This document shows positions 36,817 through 46,438 of a DNA stretch of 64,000 bases, piece after piece (the first letter of the stretch is position 1; every line of letters begins with the position of its first letter). Origin of the DNA: a virus; IMG/VR virus record IMGVR_UViG_3300045988_149975, one strand, 5' to 3'. Below the pieces are notes generated by a model that saw only the letters and a list, made by a program, of their open reading frames with translations, had not been told where the DNA came from and made no database searches. A program made the translations under genes and the position numbers.

Positions 36817-38242
36817 TTCCAATAGCATACCATAATAAATATCCTCCTGTAGTATACATTTGACCCCAAAGCCAATTAAAATTTGTTGTAGAAAAAGATT
36901 TTATACGGGAAGTATATTTTTCGTCATTAGTATTTAAACCTGTTTGTGTTAAATATACTCCATATAAAGTTGTAAACTTTCTGGGAAAAGTTGTAGTACC
37001 GGCTACTGCTTTGCCTGTAGTTCCCCATTGTATAGTAAAACCAGTAGATGATTCACGTGCCCAACCATTAGTACCTTTGGAGATTGTCCATCCATTATTA
37101 GTAATACTACCACTTCCGCCGCCGATTCCTGCACCATCAGCAGGGTCAGGTGAAGGCTGTGTACTTCCTGTTGTACCTGCTACTTTACATACCAAAAAAC
37201 AACCTGCATATTGCTTACCTACAAGTTTACGCACTGTATCTCTTGTAACAGTTTCATTAGGCTGCCAATATCCAGTATCTACATCTGTTAAAACTCTTTT
37301 CCATACATAATTAGTATCTTCACTTGCTGTATCAATAGAAAATTGCAATACATAATTTACTGCATACCCATTTCCACTCTCTGTTGTAATCTCATAAAAA
37401 ACATGATTAGTATGCGCTCTTACTACTGTCAAATTACCAGTTTGAGAAGGATAATTATATGTATTACCTTCCCCACCAATTCCCACTATGAGCATTGAAT
37501 TTGCAGGTAAAGCATTACCTATTGCATAAGGTGAATTATCTAATACTCCCCCGCTTAACCCTATTTGACTTAATTGACTATAAGTCTTAATATTTGTTAA
37601 ATCATTAAGCGATTTTTTATTTACCACATCATAATCATTTACAGGGCTTTTATCTGTCTGTAAACTTTTAAATAATGTAGGGATTACATTCATATCACTA
37701 CCTAAAGTTACTAAATTCGTAACAGATGTATTTACCACAGGGGCAATCCACTCTTCTGTTGTATAACCACTTACCCATAAAGTATCTGCATTACCAGTTG
37801 TTAGTTTTAAGCCCGCATATTTTATATTATTATATGTAAAAGTACAAGGCTCTGCTTTGGCATCATCACTATTTGTAGTATTAAAATTTACATTACATTC
37901 ATTAGAATTGTGTACTTTTTGTAAATTAATGTCACAATTTACCGCTGCTGTACTACCATTTTTAGTAGACATTACTACCTTCAATGAGCAAGCAGAGAAT
38001 TTTGCAATATCTATATTATCTAATACTGCTAAAGGCAATACCTGTGTAGTACCTGTTCCTAAAGTTGTTTCATGAATTAAGAATTTAGCATTAGTTCCTT
38101 TAAACTGTACAGGCATTACCTGCCAACGAGAAGCATCATCTACATATTCTTTTAAAGAATTAAAATTCTCATTTAATAAAGGGGCAAGTTCTGTATCTAC
38201 ATATTCTTCCCCTGTAAAAATGTGTAAATCTCCTAAAGCCAT
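36809..38242 (-). CDS. tail fibre protein whose C-terminal roughly 85-aa module is exchangeable with the silent cassettes
   Basis: 477 aa; C-terminus ...STGFTIQWGTTGKAVAGTTTFPRKFTTLYG...GGYLLWYAIGIS*, homologous to the three cassettes. Confidence 0.6.
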   Translation of the reverse strand: MALGDLHIFTGEEYVDTELAPLLNENFNSLKEYVDDASRWQVMPVQFKGTNAKFLIHETTLGTGTTQVLPLAVLDNIDIAKFSACSLKVVMSTKNGSTAAVNCDINLQKVHNSNECNVNFNTTNSDDAKAEPCTFTYNNIKYAGLKLTTGNADTLWVSGYTTEEWIAPVVNTSVTNLVTLGSDMNVIPTLFKSLQTDKSPVNDYDVVNKKSLNDLTNIKTYSQLSQIGLSGGVLDNSPYAIGNALPANSMLIVGIGGEGNTYNYPSQTGNLTVVRAHTNHVFYEITTESGNGYAVNYVLQFSIDTASEDTNYVWKRVLTDVDTGYWQPNETVTRDTVRKLVGKQYAGCFLVCKVAGTTGSTQPSPDPADGAGIGGGSGSITNNGWTISKGTNGWARESSTGFTIQWGTTGKAVAGTTTFPRKFTTLYGVYLTQTGLNTNDEKYTSRIKSFSTTNFNWLWGQMYTTGGYLLWYAIGIS

Positions 38243-38254
38243 TCATTTACCTCC

Positions 38255-39448
38255 TTAATCATTATATCTCAATATAATCCATCCGTCTTGTCCTGGACTT
38301 GCACCACCTGCATAAGAAATGCCATTTGCACCATCATGTCCTTTAACCCAAGTCCAACCATCATCACTTTTTCGTGAAACATAACCACCACTACCTGCAC
38401 CACCGCCTCTTGCAGTAGCACCAAAAGCAGTAGTATTTCCACCTGCTGTACCACTTCCTGCACTTACAGGAGTTTCACCTTTTCTTGTAGCATCACTACC
38501 ATTAGTGCCACCTTTACCTACTACAAGACTATACTTTTGACCCGCTGTAACATTTACAGTACCACTTACTAATTCGCCAGTACCGCCATCACCACCATAA
38601 CCTACTCCATGGTAGACATCATCTTGGTCATCATAATCGGCTCTTGCAGTACCACCTGCACCACCACCTGCACCATAAAGTGAATAGTTTACAGTTTTTA
38701 CATTTGCAGGGCAAGTCCATTGCTGACTACTTGTAATTTTTAAATAATTTTTATAACCACTATATGTAACCTCTACTTGAAAAGGGTCAATATACAATGC
38801 TGCGTGTTTATTATTATTCTCATACATTCTAATCCACAAATCAAAAGTATTAACGCCGCCTTTTAAGCCAACTTCAATATTCTCACCTAAAGTCATCCAT
38901 TTAATAACGCCTGGCATATTACTCTCATCTGCTCTACCTGTACTATAAGGATAGAAAATACTTTCAGCTAATGTATGCTGTCCTGTATCTGTTAAAATAT
39001 CGTTACCAAAACGTGTTTGAAACTGATAAGCAGAGTTTCTTCTATAATTATGATAATCATTGTAACTACCTGCCCATTTAACTTTAGAAGTTATAGTATA
39101 TAAACCATCTTCAGGAACATTAACAGTACAACTTAAAACCTTGGCTAAACCATAACTTGCACTCCCGCCTGATATATACTTGTAAAAATGTCCTGTAGAA
39201 ACAAACGGTTCACCTTGTTCAAATGCAGATGTTAAAAAATAGTACCTTATACCGTCTACTATTACACCTGCATTTACACTCATATCAGAACGTGTTGTAG
39301 TAAGAGGAGCATAAAGATCTTTATTAAATGTTTTTATCCGTACATATTTTCCATTATAAAAATCTCTATAATCATCATATAAAGGGAGGCTATGTTTTGC
39401 TGAACCTATTGTTAAATTTAATCTTGTTTTTGTATCTATATTAGCCAT
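38255..39448 (-). CDS. glycine-rich tail fibre protein
   Basis: 397 aa with long GxGG-rich tracts, typical of phage receptor-binding fibres. Confidence 0.5.
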   Translation of the reverse strand: MANIDTKTRLNLTIGSAKHSLPLYDDYRDFYNGKYVRIKTFNKDLYAPLTTTRSDMSVNAGVIVDGIRYYFLTSAFEQGEPFVSTGHFYKYISGGSASYGLAKVLSCTVNVPEDGLYTITSKVKWAGSYNDYHNYRRNSAYQFQTRFGNDILTDTGQHTLAESIFYPYSTGRADESNMPGVIKWMTLGENIEVGLKGGVNTFDLWIRMYENNNKHAALYIDPFQVEVTYSGYKNYLKITSSQQWTCPANVKTVNYSLYGAGGGAGGTARADYDDQDDVYHGVGYGGDGGTGELVSGTVNVTAGQKYSLVVGKGGTNGSDATRKGETPVSAGSGTAGGNTTAFGATARGGGAGSGGYVSRKSDDGWTWVKGHDGANGISYAGGASPGQDGWIILRYND

Positions 39449-39452
39449 AACC

Positions 39453-40061
39453 TTAACTCCCTATAAAAATAGTATTACCATTAGTAGAGGTAAGTGAACC
39501 ATCATCATTAAATACAGCCACATTATCAGGAATTACAGAATCATTGAGTTTCCCTTTTGATACCAAAACAGGAATCTGCCCTTCCTTTACGCCTAAATTT
39601 AATACACCTGTAGGAATTTTTCCATCTGCCCCTACCTGTACTATTTGATTAGCCTTTGTACCAGTATCAATTAAAGATGTAGCTATATGGTTATTATCAC
39701 CTACAGCTACTAATTGCCCATTTTCAACACCAGTATACATTAATGACATTTTAACTTTTTTAGTAAGAGGGTCTATCAAATTATCTACCCTACTAATATC
39801 AATGTGCATACTATCAACATATTCTTTATCTACATAAGTTAAAGTAAGCTGCGCTATCTTAACCCATAATCTATCATGTACATTCGCTAAAACATATAAT
39901 GCTAACTCATCTGTCCTAAAACACGCTTGCCCTAATTCCAAATTAGAAACTGGAAAGCTAATACCACTATTCTGTGATAAAAGACTTTGCCAGTTTTCAT
40001 TCATTGGTGCAAGAGAATTAGCTATTGTCCATTCCTCTTGTATTGTCTGAACATTTTGCAA
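39453..40061 (-). CDS. tail fibre / baseplate-associated protein
   Basis: 202-aa ORF in the fibre block. Confidence 0.45.
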   Translation of the reverse strand: MQNVQTIQEEWTIANSLAPMNENWQSLLSQNSGISFPVSNLELGQACFRTDELALYVLANVHDRLWVKIAQLTLTYVDKEYVDSMHIDISRVDNLIDPLTKKVKMSLMYTGVENGQLVAVGDNNHIATSLIDTGTKANQIVQVGADGKIPTGVLNLGVKEGQIPVLVSKGKLNDSVIPDNVAVFNDDGSLTSTNGNTIFIGS

Positions 40062-40064
40062 TTC

Positions 40065-40736
40065 TTACTCCCCCTTATACGCAAATTCACCAAACAACTC
40101 TTCTCTTAACTCTTTAGCGACTTTTGCTGCTTCCTCTTCAGTGTCATAACTGCCACCATAAAAACGCTTACCATCTTTGCTACAATACGCTTTCCATTTA
40201 CCCGTTTCCTTATTATAAGAATAACCCTTACGCCTATGATTCATATTGTTTTGCCTTACTGTACAAATTCTTAAATTGCACTTCCTATTATCTGCTTTAT
40301 CGTGGCTAATATGGTCAACTATCATTCCTTCAGGGCAATCCATAATAAACCTGTTTAAACGAATATGTGTATGTGTAGTTTGCCAATAACCTTTAGAACC
40401 TAATGTAAAATAATGCGGTTTTACTTTCTCAATATCCTCCGTATCTATTAAAGTATAATTTCCCTTATTATCATACATTTTTGTAACTTCACCATCTATA
40501 TAATATGTGTTATAAGCCCTGTTCTTTAAAGAAATTGCCTTTCTCATATTACAACCACAAGAAGTTGTACTACCTTGTCTTAAAGAACGATATATAACAG
40601 GTTTTACATTTCCACAATCACATTGACATAAAACCTGCGCTTCAGTATTGCCTGACTTTGTAATCTTGTCAGGCAATAATCCAATAATTTCCATTCTACC
40701 ATATCTTTCCCCAATTTGAGGAATAATCTTTCTCAT
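40065..40736 (-). CDS. HNH homing endonuclease with a C-terminal AP2 DNA-binding domain
   Basis: Cys-rich N-terminus; HNH region MIVDHISHDKADNRKCNLRICTVRQNNMNH; AP2-like KWKAYCSKDGKRFYGGSYDTEEEAA. Confidence 0.7.
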   Translation of the reverse strand: MRKIIPQIGERYGRMEIIGLLPDKITKSGNTEAQVLCQCDCGNVKPVIYRSLRQGSTTSCGCNMRKAISLKNRAYNTYYIDGEVTKMYDNKGNYTLIDTEDIEKVKPHYFTLGSKGYWQTTHTHIRLNRFIMDCPEGMIVDHISHDKADNRKCNLRICTVRQNNMNHRRKGYSYNKETGKWKAYCSKDGKRFYGGSYDTEEEAAKVAKELREELFGEFAYKGE

Positions 40737-40749
40737 ACCTACACCTCCA

Positions 40750-41478
40750 TTAGTAACCTCTACTTGCCCAAGAAATCGTGCCCGCTACATATTCACTACC
40801 CATTTTCATTGTCACATCAAATGATTTAGTAGTAATATTATAAACAATTATTGTAGGCGTTCCATCAATTCCACTATAAGATTTAATAGTAGTATTTACA
40901 TCAGGCACAATATGTAAAGGTCTTGTAAATTCTACTGTATATGGCTGATTATCTTCCGTAAGTTCTGCAATGCCTGTTTCATAAGTATCTGGGCAGTCTA
41001 TTTTATGAATATAAGTTCTTGCATTAGGTCTATCAGCATTTAAACTTGCTTGCATTACAAACTTACAAAGACATTTTTGATAAATATAATCACCTGTAAT
41101 TAATTCTTTCCATTTACCATAACCAAATGGAGTAATTGTTTCATCCCAATTAGTTTCATTTAATACCTTGTTATAAAATCTAATGTCACCAATTACTTGC
41201 CCCGCATTTGATACCTTCAAGAAACCTACATCTAAATTAATAGGCACATTTTTAGTAAAATTATTTACTACTGTGGTATCCATATTAACATTAATATTAA
41301 AATTTCTTATAAAAGCGTTAGTTGTAGTAAATGGTAATTCTACATCTAAAGTATCTAACCATGTATTTAAATATTCTATACCATTTACATCTTTAATCTT
41401 ATAGTGTAATTCATTCATTTTAAAAGGCAATTCAATCATTTTATAACTTCTCGCCTTTTGACTGATTACAACACTCAT
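40750..41478 (-). CDS. tail/baseplate structural protein (hypothetical)
   Basis: 242-aa ORF. Confidence 0.4.
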   Translation of the reverse strand: MSVVISQKARSYKMIELPFKMNELHYKIKDVNGIEYLNTWLDTLDVELPFTTTNAFIRNFNINVNMDTTVVNNFTKNVPINLDVGFLKVSNAGQVIGDIRFYNKVLNETNWDETITPFGYGKWKELITGDYIYQKCLCKFVMQASLNADRPNARTYIHKIDCPDTYETGIAELTEDNQPYTVEFTRPLHIVPDVNTTIKSYSGIDGTPTIIVYNITTKSFDVTMKMGSEYVAGTISWASRGY

Positions 41479-41933
41479 ACCGTTTCTACCTCATTAAATA
41501 ATAATGTAAAACTAATTATATAAGTATCTAATTCCTCTTTATTTATAACAGGATAAGTTACCCTGTCAAACATTGTTCCTTCTGTCGCCGCATTAAATAT
41601 ACCTGCCTCTGTTAAAGCCCCTGTTGCTACGCCTGCGCCAAAAGTTGCACTCAATGTTAAAAACTTATCGGCAGAAGTATGACTATAACCCGCTTTAAGC
41701 CTTTCTATTTCTGCAACAAGTGTAGTATCAGTTAAAGCAGGTGCTGTAGTACCTGTTCCTACTGCTATATATTCCATAGGGTCAGGGCGTGTTGCATTTG
41801 CAAAACAATTACATAAAAAATCATAACCCACATTAGTTATAAGATTATGTTTTATAAATTTTTGTTTTAAATTTCCTTCCCCATCTAATAACTCACCTGT
41901 TACAATAACTTTTATTGCACTTTTTGTATTCAT
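41475..41933 (-). CDS. tail structural protein (hypothetical)
   Basis: 152-aa ORF. Confidence 0.4.
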   Translation of the reverse strand: MNTKSAIKVIVTGELLDGEGNLKQKFIKHNLITNVGYDFLCNCFANATRPDPMEYIAVGTGTTAPALTDTTLVAEIERLKAGYSHTSADKFLTLSATFGAGVATGALTEAGIFNAATEGTMFDRVTYPVINKEELDTYIISFTLLFNEVETV

Positions 41934-41944
41934 TTTATACCTCC

Positions 41945-44900
41945 TTATAAATCACCGTATAAAGCAAACTGATTATATACTTTCGGCGTTTCATAACGCT
42001 CCCTGCTTATTTCAAAAGAATCGTAAGTAAGACTATACATTACAAAAGTAAAATAACCATCGCCCTGTGATATTACAAAACTCAAAAAGTCTGCTTTACC
42101 TGAAAAATCTTTCAATGTATATTCTTTTCCATCTGATAATGTTACTACAAATCTATCATCTGTTTCCCTATAATGTAGCCATATATAATCGCCCTCATCA
42201 TTTTTCATTGTAAAAACAGTATAATTATTTGTACTATCAAACGGTACATACATTGTAAAACTGATTGAAAACTTCTCTGTTAAATCAATATCTGTCCACT
42301 TTGGTCGACATTTTCCATCTATTAGTAAACCTTTTTCATACCTATTTTCTGCATAAGATGGTACACCATAACCACTTAAAGGATTATTCCCTTCATCTGA
42401 TACAAGTGTTTCATTTAAAGATAACCTATCCTGCACAGATTCCTTATTAGCCTCACTATAAGTAGTTATCTCTGTCCAAGAATTATACATATCGTCTACA
42501 CCTAATGGAAACCATAACCTACGGCGTGCATCTTCACTATTCCATACAAAATGTGCATCTTTCCATTTTAATTCCAACGCTTCATTTGCAGGTTTAATTA
42601 CCTTTTCAATCCAGTTCCTCGCACAATATTCTTGGTCAAGTTCTATCTCATAAGTGTAATCACCATATACCTTTGCAGTATCAAGCTGTAAACCTTCAGC
42701 ATTAACATGGGTATTATAGAATCTGCCATTCCAATCTTCTGCAACAGCGTCATACTCCTTAATCATATTTCTATTAGGTATAGAAGCTACTGTTAAAGTA
42801 CAATATGCAGGATTTTCACAGGAAACACCTTTATCTGTATAAGCCTTTAACCAAAACATTGTACTTTGCGCCCACGCATAAGGATAACTGAAGAATTGAC
42901 CTGCACTTGTAGCAAGTATATTACCATATTCCCAATTATCGCCCTCTTTTAATACATAATAGGCTGCACCTTCTACTTTATCCCAATGGAACTCAATATT
43001 ACGTTCATTCTGAACACAGTCAAAACCACCAACATCTCTTGGTCTTGCAATTTCCATTTCCAATACAGCAGGAGTAGAACGATTACCCACAGTATCTACT
43101 GCAATAAGTAAAAATCTATACTCACCAACATCTGCACTATAATAAAAATTATCAGCGTGTATATCTCTTGCAATAGCTGTTTCATCTGATACAACACCTA
43201 AATATAATTCATAATGGTCTACATCTAACTCACCTTTATCCCAATATAACTGGAAACCACCAACTACTTCTTCCCCTCTAAAATTCAAGGGCATTGCAGG
43301 TGCTACATTATTTCCTGTTATATAAATTTCAGGTGAATAAGTATAGGCTGATACTTTACCATATTTACTTGTATTTTGAAATCTAAAAATATAAGTTTCA
43401 AAAATCTCCATATCACCTACAATAGCAGTATATTGTCCATCATCAACAAAGCCGCCGTCTACCCACTCGTCACTACCAACTTTTCTGTAACTTACGTTAA
43501 ATCCTTTATTGTAAGTAAATTCAGCATAAGAAACATTTAACTTAACATTACTTACCACCACCTTATCAGGTAAGATATAATATTCTTGCTCATTAGATAT
43601 ATAAACAATTTCAGGCGGCGCTTCTTGTGGGTCTGCCAAATTTGACACATTAATGATTGGATTACTTGCACCACGTTGTTCAGAATATATATCTTCATTA
43701 TATTCTCTACAAGTAAGTTTAATGCTGCCATCTTGAGTATCTTCTATTTTTTGAATACGGAATTTCTTATCAATGAACTCTGTAACATAATCTGTTACAG
43801 ATATTACATCACCTACTGTTCTATTTAAAGCACGCCTATCTGTTTCAAATTCTATATAAGTCTGACAAGTAAGTGCTTGGTTCAAATAAAACCATGCTAA
43901 TCTACTTGCCTGGTCAAAATTAGTTACACCATACAACTCCATTGTTTCTACTAAAGGCTGTTTTCTAATATAACTTTCAGGACTTAACGATGCTTCAGCA
44001 TTTACTTTTACCCATTCATTATTAGGGTCAACATAGACTACCCTATAAATATCGGGAACATCCTGTAATGGCGCAAAACTAATAGATAAACCACTCTTTA
44101 TTTCAGCAGGAGTATAACTCTGTACTACCTCGTCTGCCTTTTCTACAAATAGACTATATTTACCCGCTCTATATACAAGCATTGAACGGCAGCAATTAAG
44201 CATATACTGTACCCACTCTAACCTACTACGCTGTTCATCCAAACATAAGTTCAAAGTATAATCCTTTTCATCAAAAAACTTTGCACCGTCTATAAAACTT
44301 TGTACATCAATTTCGTCTAAATCCATACCGCACCCGTTATAACGTGTCATGAAATCAAGTACACACCATGCAGGATTATCTGACCATTCTTCCGTATAAT
44401 CTGTTAAATCTTCAGCATTATTATATTTTTTAACAATAGAACCATCTACTATACAAGTAAAATTAAAACTACCATTCAAATTTTCATTGGCATTTGCTTG
44501 CAAAGCTGCATAGGCTAAATGCCTTAAACCACCTACTGTTTCAGCTTTAGTTTCTTGGTCACCACCAGTAACACGCCCATCAATTTGTTGAGTACCGTCA
44601 CCTACATAAGTATTCCACGATACACCTTCAAATTTATCTGAATTAATAGGTAAATCATCTAATTCCAACTCTCTGATTTCTTTAATTTTACCATCACACA
44701 AAGCGATAATCTTATAAATTGTTTTTTTATCACTACTTAAACGAGAATAAATTAAATTACCTGCTACTTTTACAGTACCATAAATAATTGGTATAGGACT
44801 TGTATTGCTTACACTTGTTTGTAGTGCGCCGTCACTATATGTATAAGACTGCCTTTTTTTAGATAACTCTTTTTGCTTTCTTAAACCTACAAACGTACTT

Positions 44901-44956
44901 ACAAGAGTAAGTGCTATACCAATCCAACCAAAAACTGAACCTAATACTTTGGACAT
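41945..44956 (-). CDS. large tail-tip / host-specificity protein (gpJ-like) with an N-terminal TM segment
   Basis: 1003 aa; follows gpM/L/K-like genes. Confidence 0.55.
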   Translation of the reverse strand: MSKVLGSVFGWIGIALTLVSTFVGLRKQKELSKKRQSYTYSDGALQTSVSNTSPIPIIYGTVKVAGNLIYSRLSSDKKTIYKIIALCDGKIKEIRELELDDLPINSDKFEGVSWNTYVGDGTQQIDGRVTGGDQETKAETVGGLRHLAYAALQANANENLNGSFNFTCIVDGSIVKKYNNAEDLTDYTEEWSDNPAWCVLDFMTRYNGCGMDLDEIDVQSFIDGAKFFDEKDYTLNLCLDEQRSRLEWVQYMLNCCRSMLVYRAGKYSLFVEKADEVVQSYTPAEIKSGLSISFAPLQDVPDIYRVVYVDPNNEWVKVNAEASLSPESYIRKQPLVETMELYGVTNFDQASRLAWFYLNQALTCQTYIEFETDRRALNRTVGDVISVTDYVTEFIDKKFRIQKIEDTQDGSIKLTCREYNEDIYSEQRGASNPIINVSNLADPQEAPPEIVYISNEQEYYILPDKVVVSNVKLNVSYAEFTYNKGFNVSYRKVGSDEWVDGGFVDDGQYTAIVGDMEIFETYIFRFQNTSKYGKVSAYTYSPEIYITGNNVAPAMPLNFRGEEVVGGFQLYWDKGELDVDHYELYLGVVSDETAIARDIHADNFYYSADVGEYRFLLIAVDTVGNRSTPAVLEMEIARPRDVGGFDCVQNERNIEFHWDKVEGAAYYVLKEGDNWEYGNILATSAGQFFSYPYAWAQSTMFWLKAYTDKGVSCENPAYCTLTVASIPNRNMIKEYDAVAEDWNGRFYNTHVNAEGLQLDTAKVYGDYTYEIELDQEYCARNWIEKVIKPANEALELKWKDAHFVWNSEDARRRLWFPLGVDDMYNSWTEITTYSEANKESVQDRLSLNETLVSDEGNNPLSGYGVPSYAENRYEKGLLIDGKCRPKWTDIDLTEKFSISFTMYVPFDSTNNYTVFTMKNDEGDYIWLHYRETDDRFVVTLSDGKEYTLKDFSGKADFLSFVISQGDGYFTFVMYSLTYDSFEISRERYETPKVYNQFALYGDL

Positions 44957-45336
44957 TATTTATCACCTACATATCTAAAAATACCTTTTACACGGTCTTT
45001 ATACCTTGCATAAGAGATTATCTCGGTTTTAATATGCCCTGTACAGTGAATCGCCTTTCCATCACCTAAACAAACCATTAAATGCCATTTATTTAACGGT
45101 AATTTTACAACCAAAATATCACCATACTGAATATCTTTAAATTCTTTTATTTCTTCACAATGCTCTTTAAAATATTGTAACATATTAACTTCTTCACTTA
45201 CTGGATATTTGAACTTCCATGTTTCAGGAATTATTTCATACATAGGTGCAAGCTAAAGACAACCCCAAGCAAAGCCGTCCTTTTCGTCAATAAATGGCTG
45301 TCCTACCAGTTTTACAGCTTCATTTCGAGTCAACAT
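44956..45336 (-). CDS. NlpC/P60-like tail protein (gpK-like) interrupted by an in-frame TAG
   Basis: ATG at 45336 with a GGAGGTGG RBS. MLTRNEAVKLVGQPFIDEKDGFAWGCL, then TAG at 45253-45255, then the same frame continues LAPMYEIIPETW...HLMVCLGDGKAIHCTGH (tracker ORF 44956..45243). Confidence 0.4.
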
Positions 45337-45347
45337 TAAACCACCTC

Positions 45348-45965
45348 CTATTTATTAATCAAATATTCTCTCGGCACACTTGGATAACCACCAAAATTTA
45401 ACTGATTATGCCTTTGAATACAATCATTTAAAGTTTTACCGCAAGAATAATACTCTAATCCATTATAGCCACATCTATCACTCTTAAATACAAGTTGACA
45501 ATTTACATCATAAGTCATTAAGGGGGCTTCTTGTTCATAATCCCCTAAAACCCTTACTACCGAAAGTGAAAATGTTTCGGCAGTCATTTTAATATCATCA
45601 AGTATTCCTGAATACATTGCAACTGGTTCATCTTCAGGATAGTCAGGAAACCATTCATATAAAGTGCATTTTTTACCTAAAAACTCATTACCATGATTAG
45701 CTACTATTGCTGCCCATTCTTGCCATTTATTGCTTAATTCAAGTGAAATACTTTCGATAGAGTTATCAGAATTTTCCTCTCTTGTACCCCTTACAATCGG
45801 CGCAGATTGATATACATTGCCATCTATTTCTACACTCTCTACACTATCGTCAGCTATAAATCTATAAATATTATTTTCATCATACCATATTACTACTAAT
45901 AATCTTGTCTGTACCTCATCAGTTTCTAAATACTCTGCTATCTCATTTTTAATACCAACAGTCAT
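45348..45965 (-). CDS. minor tail protein L-like (four-Cys C-terminus)
   Basis: 205 aa; C-terminal CQLVFKSDRCGYNG...YYSCGKTLNDC; lies after the TMP. Confidence 0.4.
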   Translation of the reverse strand: MTVGIKNEIAEYLETDEVQTRLLVVIWYDENNIYRFIADDSVESVEIDGNVYQSAPIVRGTREENSDNSIESISLELSNKWQEWAAIVANHGNEFLGKKCTLYEWFPDYPEDEPVAMYSGILDDIKMTAETFSLSVVRVLGDYEQEAPLMTYDVNCQLVFKSDRCGYNGLEYYSCGKTLNDCIQRHNQLNFGGYPSVPREYLINK

Positions 45966-45997
45966 TTAGTCACCTCCAATAATTTAAGGGGCATATT

Positions 45998-46426
45998 TTA
46001 TGCCCCATTTCTGACCTCCAATAAGTCGATTGTTACAACTCGATAGCCCATTTCATTAATTTGAAACTGCAAATCATCTGAAGCGAACCTTACATAATAC
46101 CATTGGTCATCTCCGCCCATATCAGTACCATCCTCATAAGTCTTTGACCACTTGAACTTAAAGGCTTTGAACTGACCTCTAACCTCTTTAAAGAAGTTTT
46201 CAAGTTTTCTACCACCATCAGGTGTCTTTCTAAACTCTAAAGTCCATTTTCTGCGTGGATAAGTCCACTGCTGTCTACGCTGTTCATTCCCTGTCCACTT
46301 CTCATCAACAAGTGTATTATAACTTAAAGTATAGGAATAAACCTGTAATGCCATAATCCCCCACGCTTCTACGCCATTAGCTACATCTTTATAGTCGCTA
46401 TTACTTGTTACATCAAGTCCTATCAA
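45998..46426 (-). CDS. minor tail protein M-like
   Basis: 142-aa ORF immediately downstream of the TMP. Confidence 0.35.
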   Translation of the reverse strand: MIGLDVTSNSDYKDVANGVEAWGIMALQVYSYTLSYNTLVDEKWTGNEQRRQQWTYPRRKWTLEFRKTPDGGRKLENFFKEVRGQFKAFKFKWSKTYEDGTDMGGDDQWYYVRFASDDLQFQINEMGYRVVTIDLLEVRNGA

Positions 46427-46438
46427 GTTGTCACCTCC

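Noticed and set aside
45244-45347. Considered genome-wide stop-codon reassignment because of the in-frame TAG
   Set aside because: The long late genes (TMP, gpJ-like, portal) contain no in-frame TAG or TGA, so a single-site event is more likely than an alternative genetic code.
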